In this document: in pieces, positions 37,984 through 52,900 of the stretch | Numbering within the stretch: position 1 is the first letter of the stretch | How the letters are laid out: each line of letters begins with the position of its first letter | Source: the human T2T-CHM13v2.0 reference genome, Homo sapiens | Length of the DNA: 64,000 nt | Strand: one strand, 5' to 3' | Assembly: GCF_009914755.1 (NCBI RefSeq) | Contig: NC_060927.1 | The notes under the pieces: model-generated | The model's database searches: none | Told to the model about the DNA's origin: nothing | What the model saw: the letters and a program-made list of their open reading frames with translations, nothing else | Translations under genes and position numbers: made by a program

Positions 37984-38463
37984 TGTGATGCTTAATTTTA
38001 TATGTCAAGTGGCCTGGACCACAAGGTGCCCAGGTATTTGGTCAAACATATCTAGATGTGTGTGTAAGGGTTTTTGGATGAGATTGACATTTGAATCAAT
38101 AAACCGAGCAAAGCAGATTGCCCTCCTTGATGTGGGTGGACCTCATACAATCTTTTGAAGGCCTACATAATACAAGAAGGATGACACTTTCGTGAATAAG
38201 AAGGAACTCCACCTGCCTGACTGTTGAGCTGAGACATGAATCTTTTTCTACTTTTAGACTTGAATTGAAACATTGGCATTTGGATCTCATGTGTGCTGGC
38301 TTTCAGGCTGAAGCTGTATCATCAGCTCTCCCAGGTTGCATCTTCATCTTGCCATTTGATTTTAGAACTTAGCCTCCATAATCACATTAGCTGATTCTCT
38401 AACATAAATAAACAAACAGTCATCCTGTTGGTTCTTTTTCTGTAGAGAACCTTGACTAGAAGA
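37984..38463 (+). mobile_element. MLT2 (MLT2C/D-type) solo LTR
   Basis: 'tgtgatgcttaattttatatgtcaag', 'gagcaaagcagattgccctcc', end 'ctgttggttct..gagaaccttgacta'; flanks gtaag/gtaaa. Confidence 0.9.
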
Positions 38464-38997
38464 GTAAATTTTACATACATTTAAATAAATGTGACTACAT
38501 AACAGAAGAATTTCCTTTCATCAAATAACTTGAGGTAAAATAATTTCCTGTTCCCAAATGTGAGCTTAATTCATTTGGATTAGTATCTAATAATAAGATT
38601 TTTATTTCAGGACAAATGTCATAGTTGAGAAAACATTAATATACAGATAACTCTATTTACCTGTGTAGAAATATTATTGAAAAATTGGTTTCTTGCCACC
38701 TAATTTTATCAGACTTTCTCTCTCTATCCTTTCAAATCCAATGCTTTTCAAGAGTTGCAAAAATAGTTTTTCTTATTAACCCGAGAAAAACATAGTAAGT
38801 GTTTAGCTTTAATATAATTAAGAGTTTTTGAGCTATTATCTGTTTTATTAATTTTTTCCGCTACCCTCATTATTGTAGATTGATATCTACAGTTTAATAA
38901 ATAGTTAATTAGCCCTCCTTACATGCTACATTCTATCTAGGAAATGGAAAAATAAAGAGAAATAAGACAGAGTCTCTACATTTGTGGGGCTTAAATA

Positions 38998-39323
38998 CAG
39001 CCATACACTGAACAACAATGTTTAGTTCAATAATGGGTGACATATAATGAAAGTGTTCCCATGAGATAAAACGTCGTATTTTACTGTACCTTTTCTGTAT
39101 TTAGGTGTGTTTAGATACACAAATAGTTACCATTATAATTGCCTACAGTATTCACTACAGTAGCATGCTATACAGGTTTGTATCCTAACAGCGATAAGGT
39201 ATACCATAGAGCCTAGGTGTGCAGTAGGCTGCACCATCCAGGTTTATGTAAGTGCACTCTATGATGTTCACTCTCGGAAATTGCCTAACGACAAAATTCC
39301 CACCTTTAAGTGAGGCATAACTA
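38998..39323 (+). mobile_element. Tigger3a/MER7-type Tc1/mariner MITE
   Basis: 'gtttagatacacaaata', 'ttgcctacagtattca', 'gcctaggtgtgcagtaggct'; flanked by TA. Confidence 0.85.
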
Positions 39324-39859
39324 TAATTTATTCCATAGTCTCTCCCCTCTTTCCTGTTCTTTATTAATACATTTGCTTACTCTATTGTGAGAAGTATAGT
39401 GAGTGAATTTACCAACCTCCAAATTCACAAGTAGAGAGAAATGTCCTTGACACTATCTACCAAGAGGATTTATTTATGTAGTCAGAGGAAGAGTCTAGAC
39501 GTTGTTCCTGAATTGACCTAGGCACCTGCTAGTTGTAGAATATTCCTATGATGGCCTGAGAAAATGCAGGTTCACATGAATAATAACCTTTCTATTCTGC
39601 TTATTCTGCCAGCGGCAGCATGAACTTCTCCCAGTAGCCTCTTTGTCCGTGAATATGGACAAGTGGAAGAGAAAAACCACAGAGGAGAATTTGAGCTGAA
39701 TTTGTCTTTCAACTATCAAGATTTACATTTTCTTTGTCTTTTTTTACCTTTTTTTTTGTTTCTTTATTCTTTGCTCTATATTGTGTGGGTACTTGCCACA
39801 AAGTTTATGTTTTATCTCTAAATGTATAACAAAAAAGTATTTCAAAAGATGAATGTGAG

Positions 39860-40040
39860 CTTTATAAAGTAGTGGTTAAATACTAGGGCTTTCCAGTTAA
39901 ATGGACATGGATTTGAAAGGTGATTCTAGTACTGTAAAGGCAATTTTCTTAACCTCTCTATGCTCAGGTTTCTAAAGTTAAAATAGGAATAAAAATAATA
40001 CTAATCTGTTAGTATTGTGTGACGCACTGTGTGCAATGAT
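39860..40040 (+). mobile_element. MIR fragment
   Basis: 'gtagtggttaaa..ggcaattttcttaacctctctatgctcaggtttct'. Confidence 0.65.
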
Positions 40041-40458
40041 ATTTTAAAGGGTAGCTACAGACCAATCATTCTGAGGTGGTAGAATGGGTGGGATGTGGTC
40101 CTGAAATAAAGGGTTCAGAAGATGGGGAGAAAGGGTGGGAGACTTAGTAACTTGCCTTTTCTCCCTTTAAGATTTCATATCTTAGAGTCTGATTGATTGC
40201 TACCTTATACCAAGACAAAGGTTATAATGTCAGGTAACACCATAACTAAATGAGGCCACTTTCTGGATAATATGATAAGTGAATTTAGAGAACAAAATTA
40301 ATGCTTGAAAACACAATTTTTAAACTTTTAAATATATTATTGTAAAACGATCTCAAAGGTAAGTTAATATGTTTTAAAAAAACACAATTGTTTCCAAAAC
40401 CACTGTTTTTATTAAGAGTGATAATAATAAAATATGTCTCCATCTAGTTTAACAGTAT

Positions 40459-41450
40459 ACTAAGTCCTCACCTAATGTCACTGATAGGTTTTTGGAAACT
40501 ACAACTTTAAGTGAAACTATGTATAAAGAAACCAATTTTCCCATAGGTTAATTGGTATAAATGAGAGTTAAGTTCCTGTATTTCTAGTCACAAAACATCA
40601 CCAAATTTCTAAATAAAGGTCAAAACACTTCCAATATTAAACATAGAAATAAATGAGAACTATACATATATTTGAGAAAGATTAATGAAAATAAGCAATA
40701 TAATCATATTAGTCCATTTTCACGCTGCTAGTAAAGACATACCCAAGACTGGGTAGTTTATAAAGAAAAGGAGGTTTAATAGACTCACAGTTCCACGTGG
40801 CTGGGGAGGCCTCACAGTCATGGTGGAAGACCAAAGGCATGTCTTACATGGCAGCAGACAAGAAAGAGAATGAGAACCAGACAAAAGGGGTTTACCCTTA
40901 TAAAACCATCAGATCTTGTGAGACTCATTCACTACCATGAGAACAGTATAGGGGAAACTGCGCTCATAATTCAATAACTCCCACCAGGTCCCTCCCACAA
41001 CATGTAGGATTTATGGGAGCTACAATTCAAGATGAGATTTCAGTGAGAACACAGTCATATCATATCAATAATTATTTACCCAATTATTCCATTTCAGGTC
41101 TCAGATGCTGCACCCCATCCCCACAGCCCAAGGAGCAAGGCAGGAACCCACTCTGGACAGAACATCATCCAATTGCATGGCACACTCACACACATCCATG
41201 CTCACTCAGGCTGGGACCACTCAGCCATATGTCCACACAATTCATTTGGCGTGGACATTTTGGGGATATAGGATGCTTTGGGAATGTAGGAAAAAACAGT
41301 GTACCCAGAGAAAGAAAATCCATGAAGACATGATCCAGATGTGCAAATGTCACATATATATTGGCCCCAGGCAGGGAATCAATGTTTCTTTCTCATCAAG
41401 GTTATAATGAAACAACACTGAATGAAAGGGTGTTATTTCAGGGTGTGCTA
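40459..41450. mobile_element. MER82 (Tigger family) DNA transposon interrupted by a THE1 LTR
   Basis: 'gtcctcacctaatgtcactgataggtttttggaaac', 'caaggcaggaacccactctggacag', end 'gttatttcagggtgtgcta'. Confidence 0.8.
40705..41067 (-). mobile_element. THE1 (B/C-type) solo LTR
   Basis: 'tattagtccattttcacgctgct..gactcacagttccacgtggctggggaggcctcaca..caattcaagatgagattt'; perfect TSD ATAAT. Confidence 0.93.
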
Positions 41451-43138
41451 TATAAAGGAAGCCTAGAATCAACTACCAAAAGGAGCACAAAGAGGCAATT
41501 TTGAATACAGCCTCATGTTATCTCCACCCATATCATGGAGCAGCATAATATAGGATTCATTGGAAACCTGGGGAGAAGCCACGCAAGAAAATGAATGGGA
41601 AGATTTTTACTCATATATAAAATCTGACACATTTTGGGTATTTGGGGTTTGCAGAATGGGAGAGAAATCACTTCAGAGGAAAGCTTTTGTTCTGTAAGCA
41701 GATGATACTGAGTTTTCTAGATGTTGTATCGCAAATTAAAGAAAGAGTTTTAGACTATACGGCCTCTGCTCCCACAGTCGGGTGGGCTGCGGAGGAGAAT
41801 CTAGAGGAGGATTCTATAGAGGAGCTATGGAGAGAATCTTTAAAAGGCATGGGGCATGTGACAAATGAGGTAGTTCAATGAAGACCAAATAAGATAGACA
41901 CATACCAAAGACTATTTTAAAAATTTGCATAATTGATCTCTTTAGCTACAATTATCGTATAACTAAAATTGCCTGACATAAGAATCCTTATTTCTTCTCC
42001 ACTTGCACTATACAGTCACTTATACTAATACCATGGATGTTTAATCATAAGATTTGGAAACAAATGGATATAAATGTCACACTATACAAACTGAACCTGC
42101 GCTGAGAACATTTCTACCACTGGATTTTTCAGGTGTATTCTTCACCATAAAGGAAATTAATTAGCAAACAAGAGCAATACTAACATGATTGATGATCTCA
42201 ATGACCTTTTAAATCGTGACAATTTGCTCTCTTCTGGGTATTTCCAATGGCACCATCATTATTAGTACCCTGTGAGAGTCATGTTTTATATTTTGTTCCT
42301 AGACTTTGTATTTGACATATTTCTTTTTAATTTCTAACCCAGAGAAGGCCCATAAAGAATGTCATGAGAAAGGCAGCTCTCCTCTGAGACTTGGTATTAG
42401 GCAAAAAAAAAGACCTGTTTTCAGATCAGCTGCTCAGGTGGAATTACTCTCCAAGGGCAGTCTCGTTCCTCTGAGGTGAAGTAGATCTTCCCCCTTTTTG
42501 TCTTTCAGGGACTATGAGATACACAGGTCTTCAATGCCAGTCACCTCATGGACTCACCACCTAGTTTATCAAGGAGAAGTTGATGCTGGGAGCAACTACA
42601 AAAATGAAGCTACTCTGATTTAGGTGGCACAGAAAAGCAGGCGAGGGTTTCTCCCTCCTGTCTCATTTGATCATTTTTCATGCTTTACCTGTGCTTCTAG
42701 GGGCCAATCTATCTTTTTTTTTTTTTTTCTGCCTTCTCTGCTTTAAATGTTCCCAGTTCTGTCTGGAACTTGTCTTTGAACAAAGAAAGATTTACTTCTT
42801 TCTTGATTCTTTTATTCCCCTCATTTTTGTTTATTCTCTTCCTGGCTCTTAGAGCTTTTCTCTTAACATTGTGACTGGTGTATCTATTTTCTTCATCTCT
42901 CACCTCCTGCCCATGAACTTATTTATGAGGAAATGTGTAGGATAATAGAGCAACAATTTGGCTTAAAGGGCTCTAGCTGTGTGACCCTAGGCACATCAGT
43001 CAACTCCTTATAAACAACAGGTTTCTTTTCTCTAAAATGAGGATGTTAGATTCTATTATCTCAGTAGTTCATCTCAGCACTAATTTTCTATGATTCCTTT
43101 TCTCACAGTGCTGTCTACCTTGCAAGCCCAGTACATGT

Positions 43139-43617
43139 ATATTAGTTCCCTATTGCTGCTGTAACAAATTGCCACCAGCTTAATGGTTTAAAGCAAGGCA
43201 AATTTGTTATTTTATATTTCTGTAGATCAGACATCTGGCACGGTGCCCTTGTGCTAAAATTAGAGTGCTGACAAGCCTATGGTTCTTTCTGGAGCCTTCA
43301 GGGAAGAATTGGTTACCTTGCGTTTTCCAGCTTTTGAGAGCACCTGCATCCCTTGGGTCATGCCCTTTTCCTCCATTTTCAAAGTCCAAAACAGGATGTC
43401 AAGTCCTTCTTTCTTTGCATCTCTTTGAACAACTGTAGCCAAAAAGATTCTCCATTCTAAGGACTCCTGTGATTTGATTGGGAGCCTCTACATCATTCAG
43501 GAGAATCCTCTGACCTCAAGTTCTGTAACCTGAATCACATCATAAGGTAATCTATTCATAGGTTCTGGGGATTCGCGTGTGGGAATCTTGGCAGGCAATG
43601 ATTTTCTGCATTCCATA
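43139..43617 (-). mobile_element. MLT1D-type solo LTR
   Basis: 'tattagttccctattgctgctgtaacaaattgccac', 'ttttccagcttttgag', 'caggttctggggatt'-like 3' segment. Confidence 0.85.
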
Positions 43618-43618
43618 A

Positions 43619-44366
43619 TGATACGGAAGAGCTAGGCTCCTGGCTAAACCCCACCTTTAAGCCTCGGATGGTGACCATAAGTGAAAACATCTGACCCCAT
43701 TTTTCTGCCCAAATGTTGCCTTTTTGGCCCAGTCTGCCCCTATTCTGTGCCCACAACAGACTTCAGCTGGCAGAGCAACACAAGCAGCTGAATATCAAGA
43801 GGTGAAGAAGCAACTGGGCATCTGAGACTATGGATAGATGTGACTTAACTTCAGACGGCACAACTTTGGAGAGGAGCCCAGATGGAGACGACCAGGCTTC
43901 AAGGAAAGATCACCTTCTTCTTGCACCCCCCTTTCAGCTCCCCTTCTGCTGAGAGCTACTTCCACTGCCTAATAAAATCCTCTGCATCATCACCTTTCAA
44001 ACCATTCGTGCGACCTGATTCTTCCTGGATGCCGAACAAGAACCTGGGAACCAAGAGGGCAGAGTATTAGGCTGTCACCCTGACTCTCCACTAAGCTGGT
44101 TAACACTTAGCTGCCATGGACAGCAACTGCTAAAAGAGCATTAATTTTATCACACCCCTAGACGCTGCCAGGGGGCTGGAGCCCAAAAGCATTTGCCCCA
44201 GCTCCAACACCCACTTGCCTGTGTGCTCCCTCCCGTGAGGGGTTGAGCCCAGTGGGTTTGAGTGAGTGAAGTTCATCCCTGTTGGCAGCAAAGTGGCAGG
44301 CTGAACCCAGAGCCAGTGCACTCTAGTTCCCATCTGCAAAAGGGTCAAAGGAACTCTCCTGTCTCA
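43619..44366 (+). mobile_element. ERV1 solo LTR of the LTR1/LTR27/LTR28 (HUERS-P) group
   Basis: Start 'tgatacggaag', 'aaatgttgcctttttggc', 'caggcttcaaggaaagatcaccttc', AATAAA, end 'ggaactctcctgtctca'; flanks ataa/acaa. Confidence 0.85.
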
Positions 44367-44937
44367 ACAACATATTACTGACTAACACAAGCATCTTATG
44401 CCTGGTAGCATCAAATTAAGCAAAGGTAATCAAGTACTTTTGTCCTTTTTCCCACTTTTCTTGTTTCAAATGGCATCATAGAACGATCCTGCTCAGTCTC
44501 AAACTATCACCATACAGAACACACTCTTCTGAAGCCATTCTTACACTGTCCCTCAGATTAGATCTTTCAGAAACCTACATTCCTGCCTGTAACTCTTCTA
44601 TCTACTGTCCCTGCCTGAACTCAGTTTGCTGTTAAGTGTATTTCAAAGATTTCCACTTTGTATATTAGCTTCTCAACATCCCACCTTATTTTTCCACCAT
44701 TATTCTCCTCTCCTTCTATCTTTGGTCATTCTAAGTGACTACTGCTCTCTGGCTTTACACTGTACATTCGTAATGAGGACAAGTTGTGACACTAGACTTT
44801 TGGCTTCCTGCTGTGGTTTCAAAACCCTTGAATATAAAAGACATATCTTCTCTTGGACCTCTCAAGAATCTCTTGAGATTCTTGCTCTAGCTATGCCTTC
44901 GCCTTTTTAATTCCTTCCAGTTATCACGATCTTTTGA

Positions 44938-45661
<724 letters not shown>

Positions 45662-45674
45662 TCAGTTTCATTTG

Positions 45675-45885
45675 AGATTTATCAACCTCAGCACTTTTGA
45701 CATTTTGTCCAGATAATTCTTTGTTTGAGTTACTGTCCTCTGAATTGCAGGGTATATAAAAGCATCCCTGGCCTCTGTCCTCTGGATACCAATAGCACTC
45801 TCCAAACTGTGACAATTGAAAATGTCTCCAGACATTCCAATATCCCTGGGAAGAGGGGTAAAATCATCGTAATTGAAAATTAATG
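45675..45885 (+). mobile_element. MER20 hAT-Charlie MITE
   Basis: 'tcaacctcagcacttttgacattttg..gataattctttg', 'agcatccctggcctct', 'aaaatgtctccagacatt'. Confidence 0.9.
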
Positions 45886-46098
45886 GTTTGCTTTTTGAAA
45901 ATTTAATCCTTACTCTTGACTTTCCTGTTTGATGAAGGTACTTATTTCTACCCTGAACTCTAAGTCCAACTACTTTAATTGTCTAATATTGAGTAAAATC
46001 ACAGGGGCTAGAATCCATCTTGGATTTGAAACTAAGCTTTTACCTTTATTAGTAGTATTAGTGTGAGCAAGAAAATCTTACAATCTAGTTTTCCCAGA

Positions 46099-46667
46099 AT
46101 AGGGGGAAAAAATTATCTTTTCCTTCTACTCTCCTAAGTTCATGGCCTCTATTACAAAAGACAGATTAATAAGAGAAAAGTATACAAATTCATTTAATAT
46201 AAGTTTCACATCACACAGGAAATGAAAACCTTCATAAGAAAATGAAGATCTGAAGAAGCATTTTAACATGAATGGGCATTTTTTTTTGTAGTAGATTTGA
46301 TGAACAGTGGAAAGTTGTGGAGAAATATAATAGGGCAAAAAGAGTATGATTTGATGGTAATAAACTAGGAAAACCTTAGCAAAGCCTGTTTGTTCAAATT
46401 GTTCTCTGTGTCCCTGTGTCTTCAGAAATAAGGATGTTCCTTTCTTCCTGCTATAGAGAAGGTATGGCTCACCTGAGGACCTTCTGACCTGCTTCAGGGA
46501 AAGGTCAAAAGTTTCTTCCTAGGTTTTATGACCTGTTTCAGTGGAGAAGGTAAAGGAGAAGGTCAGAGTGAACTTCCTGCTTCTGTGATCTCAAATTATT
46601 CCTTCACCTTAAAATGTTTAATATGCCAAGGTGCAGTATTTTGGGTGGTATAACCTGAACCCCATCA
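46099..46667 (-). mobile_element. MER31-type (ERV1, MER4 group) solo LTR splitting a + strand MIR (~46000-46095 and ~46670-46810)
   Basis: 'acaaaagacagattaataagagaaaag', 'tgacctgcttcagg..aggtcaga', end 'atatgccaaggtgcagtattttggg..cctgaaccccatca'. Confidence 0.8.
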
Positions 46668-49519
46668 TTACCTTTAACTGAAAATAATAATTATAACAAC
46701 ATCTACAATAAAATATTATTGTGAAAATTAAATGGTGTAATATATGTAAAGTTCTTAGCACAGTTCCTTGGTCTGGCACATAATGGATAATCAAATGATA
46801 ATATTACTATTATTATTATTATTATTATTATATTGGCATTATTAGAGCCAACTCCATCATTCCTAGAAAACTATACAGTGCTGGTTCCTTTGCAGTGTTA
46901 ACTTTTTCCTTTTACTGATTTTTGTTAACTCCTTTATTGTAACATAACCACTAGTAGTTTTGTGCTTAATGTTGATCTTCTTTGTCTATTGATTTAAGTT
47001 AATATCAGAGTCCTTCCTAGCAGTCATGGGGTTTTGATAACAGAAGCTAACATAGTTGTATCTTCTCTTTCCTGCAGGGTAGCCCGAATGCCATGTCTTC
47101 ACATTTTATTCCACTTGGATCTCCTGTAGAATGGCTGTTTACCATGGAAGGGCTGATTCCAATTCTCACGTTAATCACTTACAAGGCAGAAACCAGCTAG
47201 TCTAGACTGGTAAAGGGCTTTCCAGTTCATTCATCAGCCTCCTCTGATTCTCTCAGGGCTCATTCAGATGTTCCCAATCCTTTCACAAGATTACAATTCA
47301 ACACATATGGAAGCACAAAAAAAAATGCTGATTTCCCCACATAAATAATAATTAATTACTAATGAAGATAATGGTGACAGACTATGGGACTTAAGAAAAA
47401 ACCTACGAGGATGTATCACAAGACAAATCCTTCTAAAAATTAAACTATTTGCAGACAATCAGAAAGTCAAAACTAACAATCTCTTAAACATTTCTCAGAT
47501 ATGGCTGTAATAACATAGCATTCCTATAAAAATGAACTTTTAGGTTAAATATATCTTTACACATACATGCACTTGCACCCACATGTACACACAATCTATT
47601 TTTGGATCTACTGAATAAAGCATCATTATTTAAAGTGAAGCAATAAAAGTTTCAACGTCTTTTTTTCTAAGTATTAGCCTTGAAGTTATTCACCCTAACC
47701 AAAGCACTAAGTTATTTAAGGAAACACCTTGAATTAATTGCTCATTTTCAAGTTCCTTGCACATTCATTCAACAAATTGAGTCTTGTGTTTTGTTTTTAA
47801 TTCTCAATTCAGTTAAACAAACTGATTTGGCTAATCACCAAATCTACTGAATGATTTACTATTATATTCATAGAAAGAGCAGAGATTGTGTTAAATATGT
47901 TGGCAACCCTTTTCATTCAGCTGAAATTTGTTTGTGTACCCATAGTTCTCTGTACATCACCCATCACCACACTAACCGCTTTGTACTCTGTGATCCCTGT
48001 CTGTCTGCTGCACTGGATTGACAGCCTTATGCCAAAGTTCCTGGCACAGGTTAGGCCTCAAAACATATTCACTAACTTGTGAATTTTCTATGTTTTGACA
48101 ATTTTCACCAGGTTTAATAATTTTTTAAGAAAAAATTCTAAATGAACATGGTAAAATAAATGGAAAAAATCAAAAGACAGTATATATCAAAAGACAGTAG
48201 ATATATATATGCACCTGTTTTTTAAAAAATTGTTTATAAACTCATTTGAAATGAGGAGATATGGTTTCTATTATTTAAAAAACACACTAAAATTCAGACA
48301 TCTTTTTTTAATGAAACAGTTGAAGAAATGTAGACATAAACCTAATAAAACTGAAAAAAAAACTGAAATATGCTATTTACCTGATGTTAAAGAATGAAAC
48401 TAAATCTTAAAAATTAAAATTTAAAATTAGAAACCTCTTATTATTAAACAAATATATACCAATCTTGGTTGTATTTGGGGTAAGAACTTTTTGAAAACAG
48501 ATGATGTACTCTTCATAACCTAAAATGTTTCATGCATATTCATTTAAATTTCAAAGAGGATCTCATTATCTCATCCAAAAAAGAATTAATAATCCTTAAT
48601 GGTTTCCGATGACACTTGTCTTTGTCCGTTTCTCAAACGTGCAGATGATTTTAAGCATACAAATGTTTCTGCTCATGCTTTGACCTCTAAAGTTTCCTGC
48701 ATGATTACAGAATTGAAAAGAAATCATTCTTTCTACACTTTGTTATGAATTTTGTATTCCTCTTTTACATATGTCAACAAAACTATACTTGGGTTTACTT
48801 TATATGTTTGCACCAAGTTTTTAGAATTTAAAAAATTAGCAAAATAAGAAAGGGGCCTTTGTTGATTCTTAGAGGAAAGCAAAGTACTGATGGTCAAGGC
48901 CCCTGTGAGCCCTCACAGGGACTTGGGATCTATTCCTAAACACAACAGGAAATCACAGAAATGTCCTTAGGGATGAGCAAATCAAACAGACCTGGATTCA
49001 CATACAGCTTTACTGTCCACTCAATGCCCTCAGCTACTCAACAGATGCAAAAATAGTAACTATCTCATTCAATTATGACAACGATGATGTGAATGTAAAT
49101 GACTTTGTATGCTACTGGGCACCTAATAAAAACATGCACATCTTAATATACTCAATTCAACAGTTCATTGAGAATCTTACACTAGATATAAAAATGAACC
49201 AGTTGTTTTTTTTCCCAATAACCACGTTCAAATTGTATTGCCAATTCTTCCTTTTCTGCCTTTTAACAGTGTCTTAGACAAATTTTGTAACTCTCTAGTT
49301 ACTTTAGGTCCATTTTGAAATTCTAGTATCATACATTATTTTAAATTCTTCTGACCACAGCTAATCTGATGGTTGAAGAGGACTTGAAGTGGACAGAGGG
49401 ATTGATCTGCTTTTATTCTTCCTCCTGCTCTGTTACTTTAAAGTAGAGAGTCTATCCTGGTCTGATTTTGAGATAAAGGCAATCTCTTTCTGTGGCTTCT
49501 ATCCTCTGTTGTTAGATGG

Positions 49520-49926
49520 TACTATGGTCTGAATGTCCTAAAATTCATATATTAAAATTGAATTCATAAGTTGAACCTAAAATTCATATATTGAAACCGA
49601 ATTCATATGTTGAACATAAAATGCATATGTCAAAACCTAATGGAGGTGAAACTTTTGGAAGGTGATGAGGTCATGAGGGCCAAGTCATCATAAGTAAGAT
49701 TAGTGCCCTTATAAAAGAGGCTCCAAAGAGATTCCTCACCCTTTCCACCATGTGACAACAAAGAAAAAGATGGCCACATATGAAGAGGGTCCTCAACAGA
49801 CTGAAATCAGATAGATCCTTGATCTTGTACTTCTGTGCCTCCAGAAGTGTGAGCAACAAATTTCTTTTGTTGATAAGCCATCCTGTCTGTGGTATTTTGT
49901 TATAACAGCTTGAAGAGACTAAGACA
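49520..49926 (+). mobile_element. MLT1A-type solo LTR with an internal minisatellite
   Basis: 'tactatggtctgaatgt', 'attagtgcccttataaaagag', end 'gactaagaca'; perfect TSD GATGG. Confidence 0.9.
49540..49640. repeat. Five-unit 19/20-bp minisatellite with 39-bp higher-order period
   Basis: 'aat(t/g)cat' at 49542, 49561, 49581, 49600 and 49620. Confidence 0.85.
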
Positions 49927-52900
49927 GATGGTGCTTAGGAAGAGCAAAGCATGGAGGTAGTTGTCTGCTTACATTCCTGGACACCTGTCTGGATTAGAGT
50001 TGTCTCGCATGGTACTATTATTTACATCTAGTGGATTCTACCAGTATGGTGGTCTTATGTGGACTGCACGTGGTTTTCTAGTAATGAATTCATCTTCACT
50101 CCACTACCATTCAAAACTGAGAACTCCCTCAGAGAACAACAGCTACATTTCCGTATGGTCTGACAATGTGTCCAAACCCCAATCCCTATGGATATTGCGT
50201 TGCTTTGTTAAGCTGCCACTCAACTAGTCCAAAAGCTCTTGCCTCCTCTTTTATCTACAGTGCTCCTTCCTGTAGAAAGGTATTGTCTGCTAAATCTTTC
50301 TAAGAAATCTGGTATGGGAAAGGCACCTTTTTCTTCCTAGGCACCCTACAGTTACAAACAACTGGGGAAAAATTTTTCTGAAACATTGTCACCTTTGAAA
50401 TCTCCATTTGAAAAGTGTGAACCATACCCTAATTTCATAAACATTCCTAAACTCCAAGGAAAGATGTTCAGCTTGCTCAAGAACTTCATCCTGTTTTTCA
50501 CTGACAGAACCCAAGCCAGCTTGAAGACTGTAACCCAGAAAGCAACGAGCCTTAGGCCAAGAGTCCAGTCTCTCCTTGTAGGACTCTCTAATCTCTCTAG
50601 TGATTCTCTCCAAGCATAACTTCCTCTGACTAGTAAAAGTATAGGAGTTGGTGAAGTTAGGTATATTTACCATAAACAGTTCACCCCCCTCAAAACACAT
50701 GATCCCAAACTCTGATTCTTCTCTCCTCATACCCATCCCCAGATGGCCTCTTGTAAGAAGTAGGAGGGTTATATGACAAAAACAGCAGATACAGTTCTAC
50801 CACTTTCTGATGAAAATATGAAGGATTTCTCCTAGTAATTTTGGAGCTGATTGGGCTACTTCCTTACATAGGAATGAAATAATCTAGTGTGCAGAGCAAA
50901 GATAAAGAAACAGCTGTGATTTTGGAAGTGGAAAAGAACAGAAAGGAGCAGGTTGAATGTTTCGAGCTAAAGCAAAGTCTCACATCATAAGTAGGATAAC
51001 AAAAAACTATCAAAGATGGAGGAGCAAGGATACAACCTTAATAATCTGTACCTAGATTTGGCTGGCAATGACTATTTTTTTCCAGGGTTGCATTATTATG
51101 TATACAATACAGCTAACAAAGTCATTTTAGGAGTTAAGAAATATCACCAAGATCCATATGTAACATTTTATTCCCTTTTGCATCCTGAAGATATGGATTC
51201 CATATCACAGATGAGACTTTCTCCATCACTTCATTGGCTTTGTTTGGAGAATCCTGCTGGTTATTCATTTAGTTGTTGGCATTGATCCTGCTGAATTCTA
51301 GAGTTGTGATGGTGAGTTATACAAGGTTTTCCTGTGAGAATTGCTTTGGTGTTAGTAATGCACTCAAAAATGTATCTAATAAATTTTAAAACATATATAT
51401 ATGTATACATATGCAATAGTACTCCAATTTCTTCTTTTTCACCATCTGTATTAGGAGCTTTTATTATTTAACTTATTAGTTAATATCTCAATTTGATAAT
51501 TTGAAAACATTACTGGCAAACCATTTATTTTCAGTTGCAAGTAGTTAGGGAAAGTTACATTTTTCTCTTATCCTTAGGCATTATAAATTCCTGAGTGTTA
51601 TGCAAAGCATTACTAGAATGATTTGCACAACAGGGGGCTCAGTTTTTAATAAAAGTGACTCTTATTTTTAATTATAGCAATTAAGATCTTCTTATTGGCA
51701 GCCAGGCTACTGCTCTGCAGTGATGAGACTTTGCTTCTGCCATTCCACTGGGCTTAGAATATATCCTACTCCTTCGGTTATGAGTCTCAAGATTATTGAA
51801 CATAGATAAGTAATACACGGAAGGCATAATTCTTGAAAATAAGTCTGAGGAACTGCTTTTATCCTGGTAGGCTCAGACTCTCCTCATATCTTAGGAAAAG
51901 GAAAACGAAAGAAGCAATGCATAAAGAATGAATATGTATCTTTGCAGAAACCTTGGTTGGAAATATTTTGTCACTGTAACATATTGTGAATGAATATTAC
52001 ACTTCAGCTTGGTACATACTTGAACAATATGTTTTAAACAAATGACATGTTCGTTTTCTCACTCTCTATATGTGATCCTCATAAAGAAGAAACCCCATAC
52101 AGGAATTAAAACTGCCAAAATGCTAAGCCTTGTGACAGTTCTATTTCTGTGGTAGACCTAATTAAACCTCAAATTTTCCAATATTTTCACTGACATCATT
52201 TATGTTGTAATTAACACTTTTACTGCTAAAGACAGTTGTTTTCAGATGAAGTCTTTCATCTTGTTGTGGTTATAACTACAAAACTGAAATAATAAAACCA
52301 TAATTATGAAAATTTCCTAGCCACAAGTTTGCACATGAGACTGCTCTACATCTGAACAACAACAAAAGGTAATTAAATGTAGACAGGTATAAGATTGCAG
52401 AATCATAGAGCACTGCCTAGTGTTTCTATCTTTCTGGTATATTTTAACAATATTTGTAATTTGGCAAGCTATGTAGATGATGGCATTATTATAAACCTAG
52501 AAAAATGTATATTTTGAGCAGATGGAGCAGCTAACTACAACAGTGTGGATGAGGAAGAGTCAGATAACTATATATAAATATTATGATGACACCTGGAAGT
52601 CTGTACAATTTATATAAACTAGCATAACAGTTGGTAACATACGAATCTGTGGTCTGACATACATACACACACACATGCATATATGTATATATTCTTGGAT
52701 ATAAAGTGTTAGGCTCGATAGTAATATAAGTATCTAGTAGATAACTAATCAAATTCATTTCTTAATATTACTTTAAAATCCTCAACATGTATGTTTTTAA
52801 ATTTCCATATTTTAAACCAATCCATTTCAATAAAAAAATTATAGAGAAATAGAGCTCTATTTATAGTAGTTTTCTTTTAAGTGGAACAAGGTTGAAATAA

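Noticed and set aside
41642-41881. 79-aa acidic ORF
   Set aside because: TTG start, no domain similarity, no clear splice context
49540-49640. Short regularly spaced repeats, superficially CRISPR-like
   Set aside because: No unique spacers, no cas genes, eukaryotic context; it is a tandem amplification of an LTR motif
49940-50800. Possible old LTR-element internal sequence (ORF 50389-50736 faintly MaLR-like)
   Set aside because: Similarity too weak to support without an HMM search
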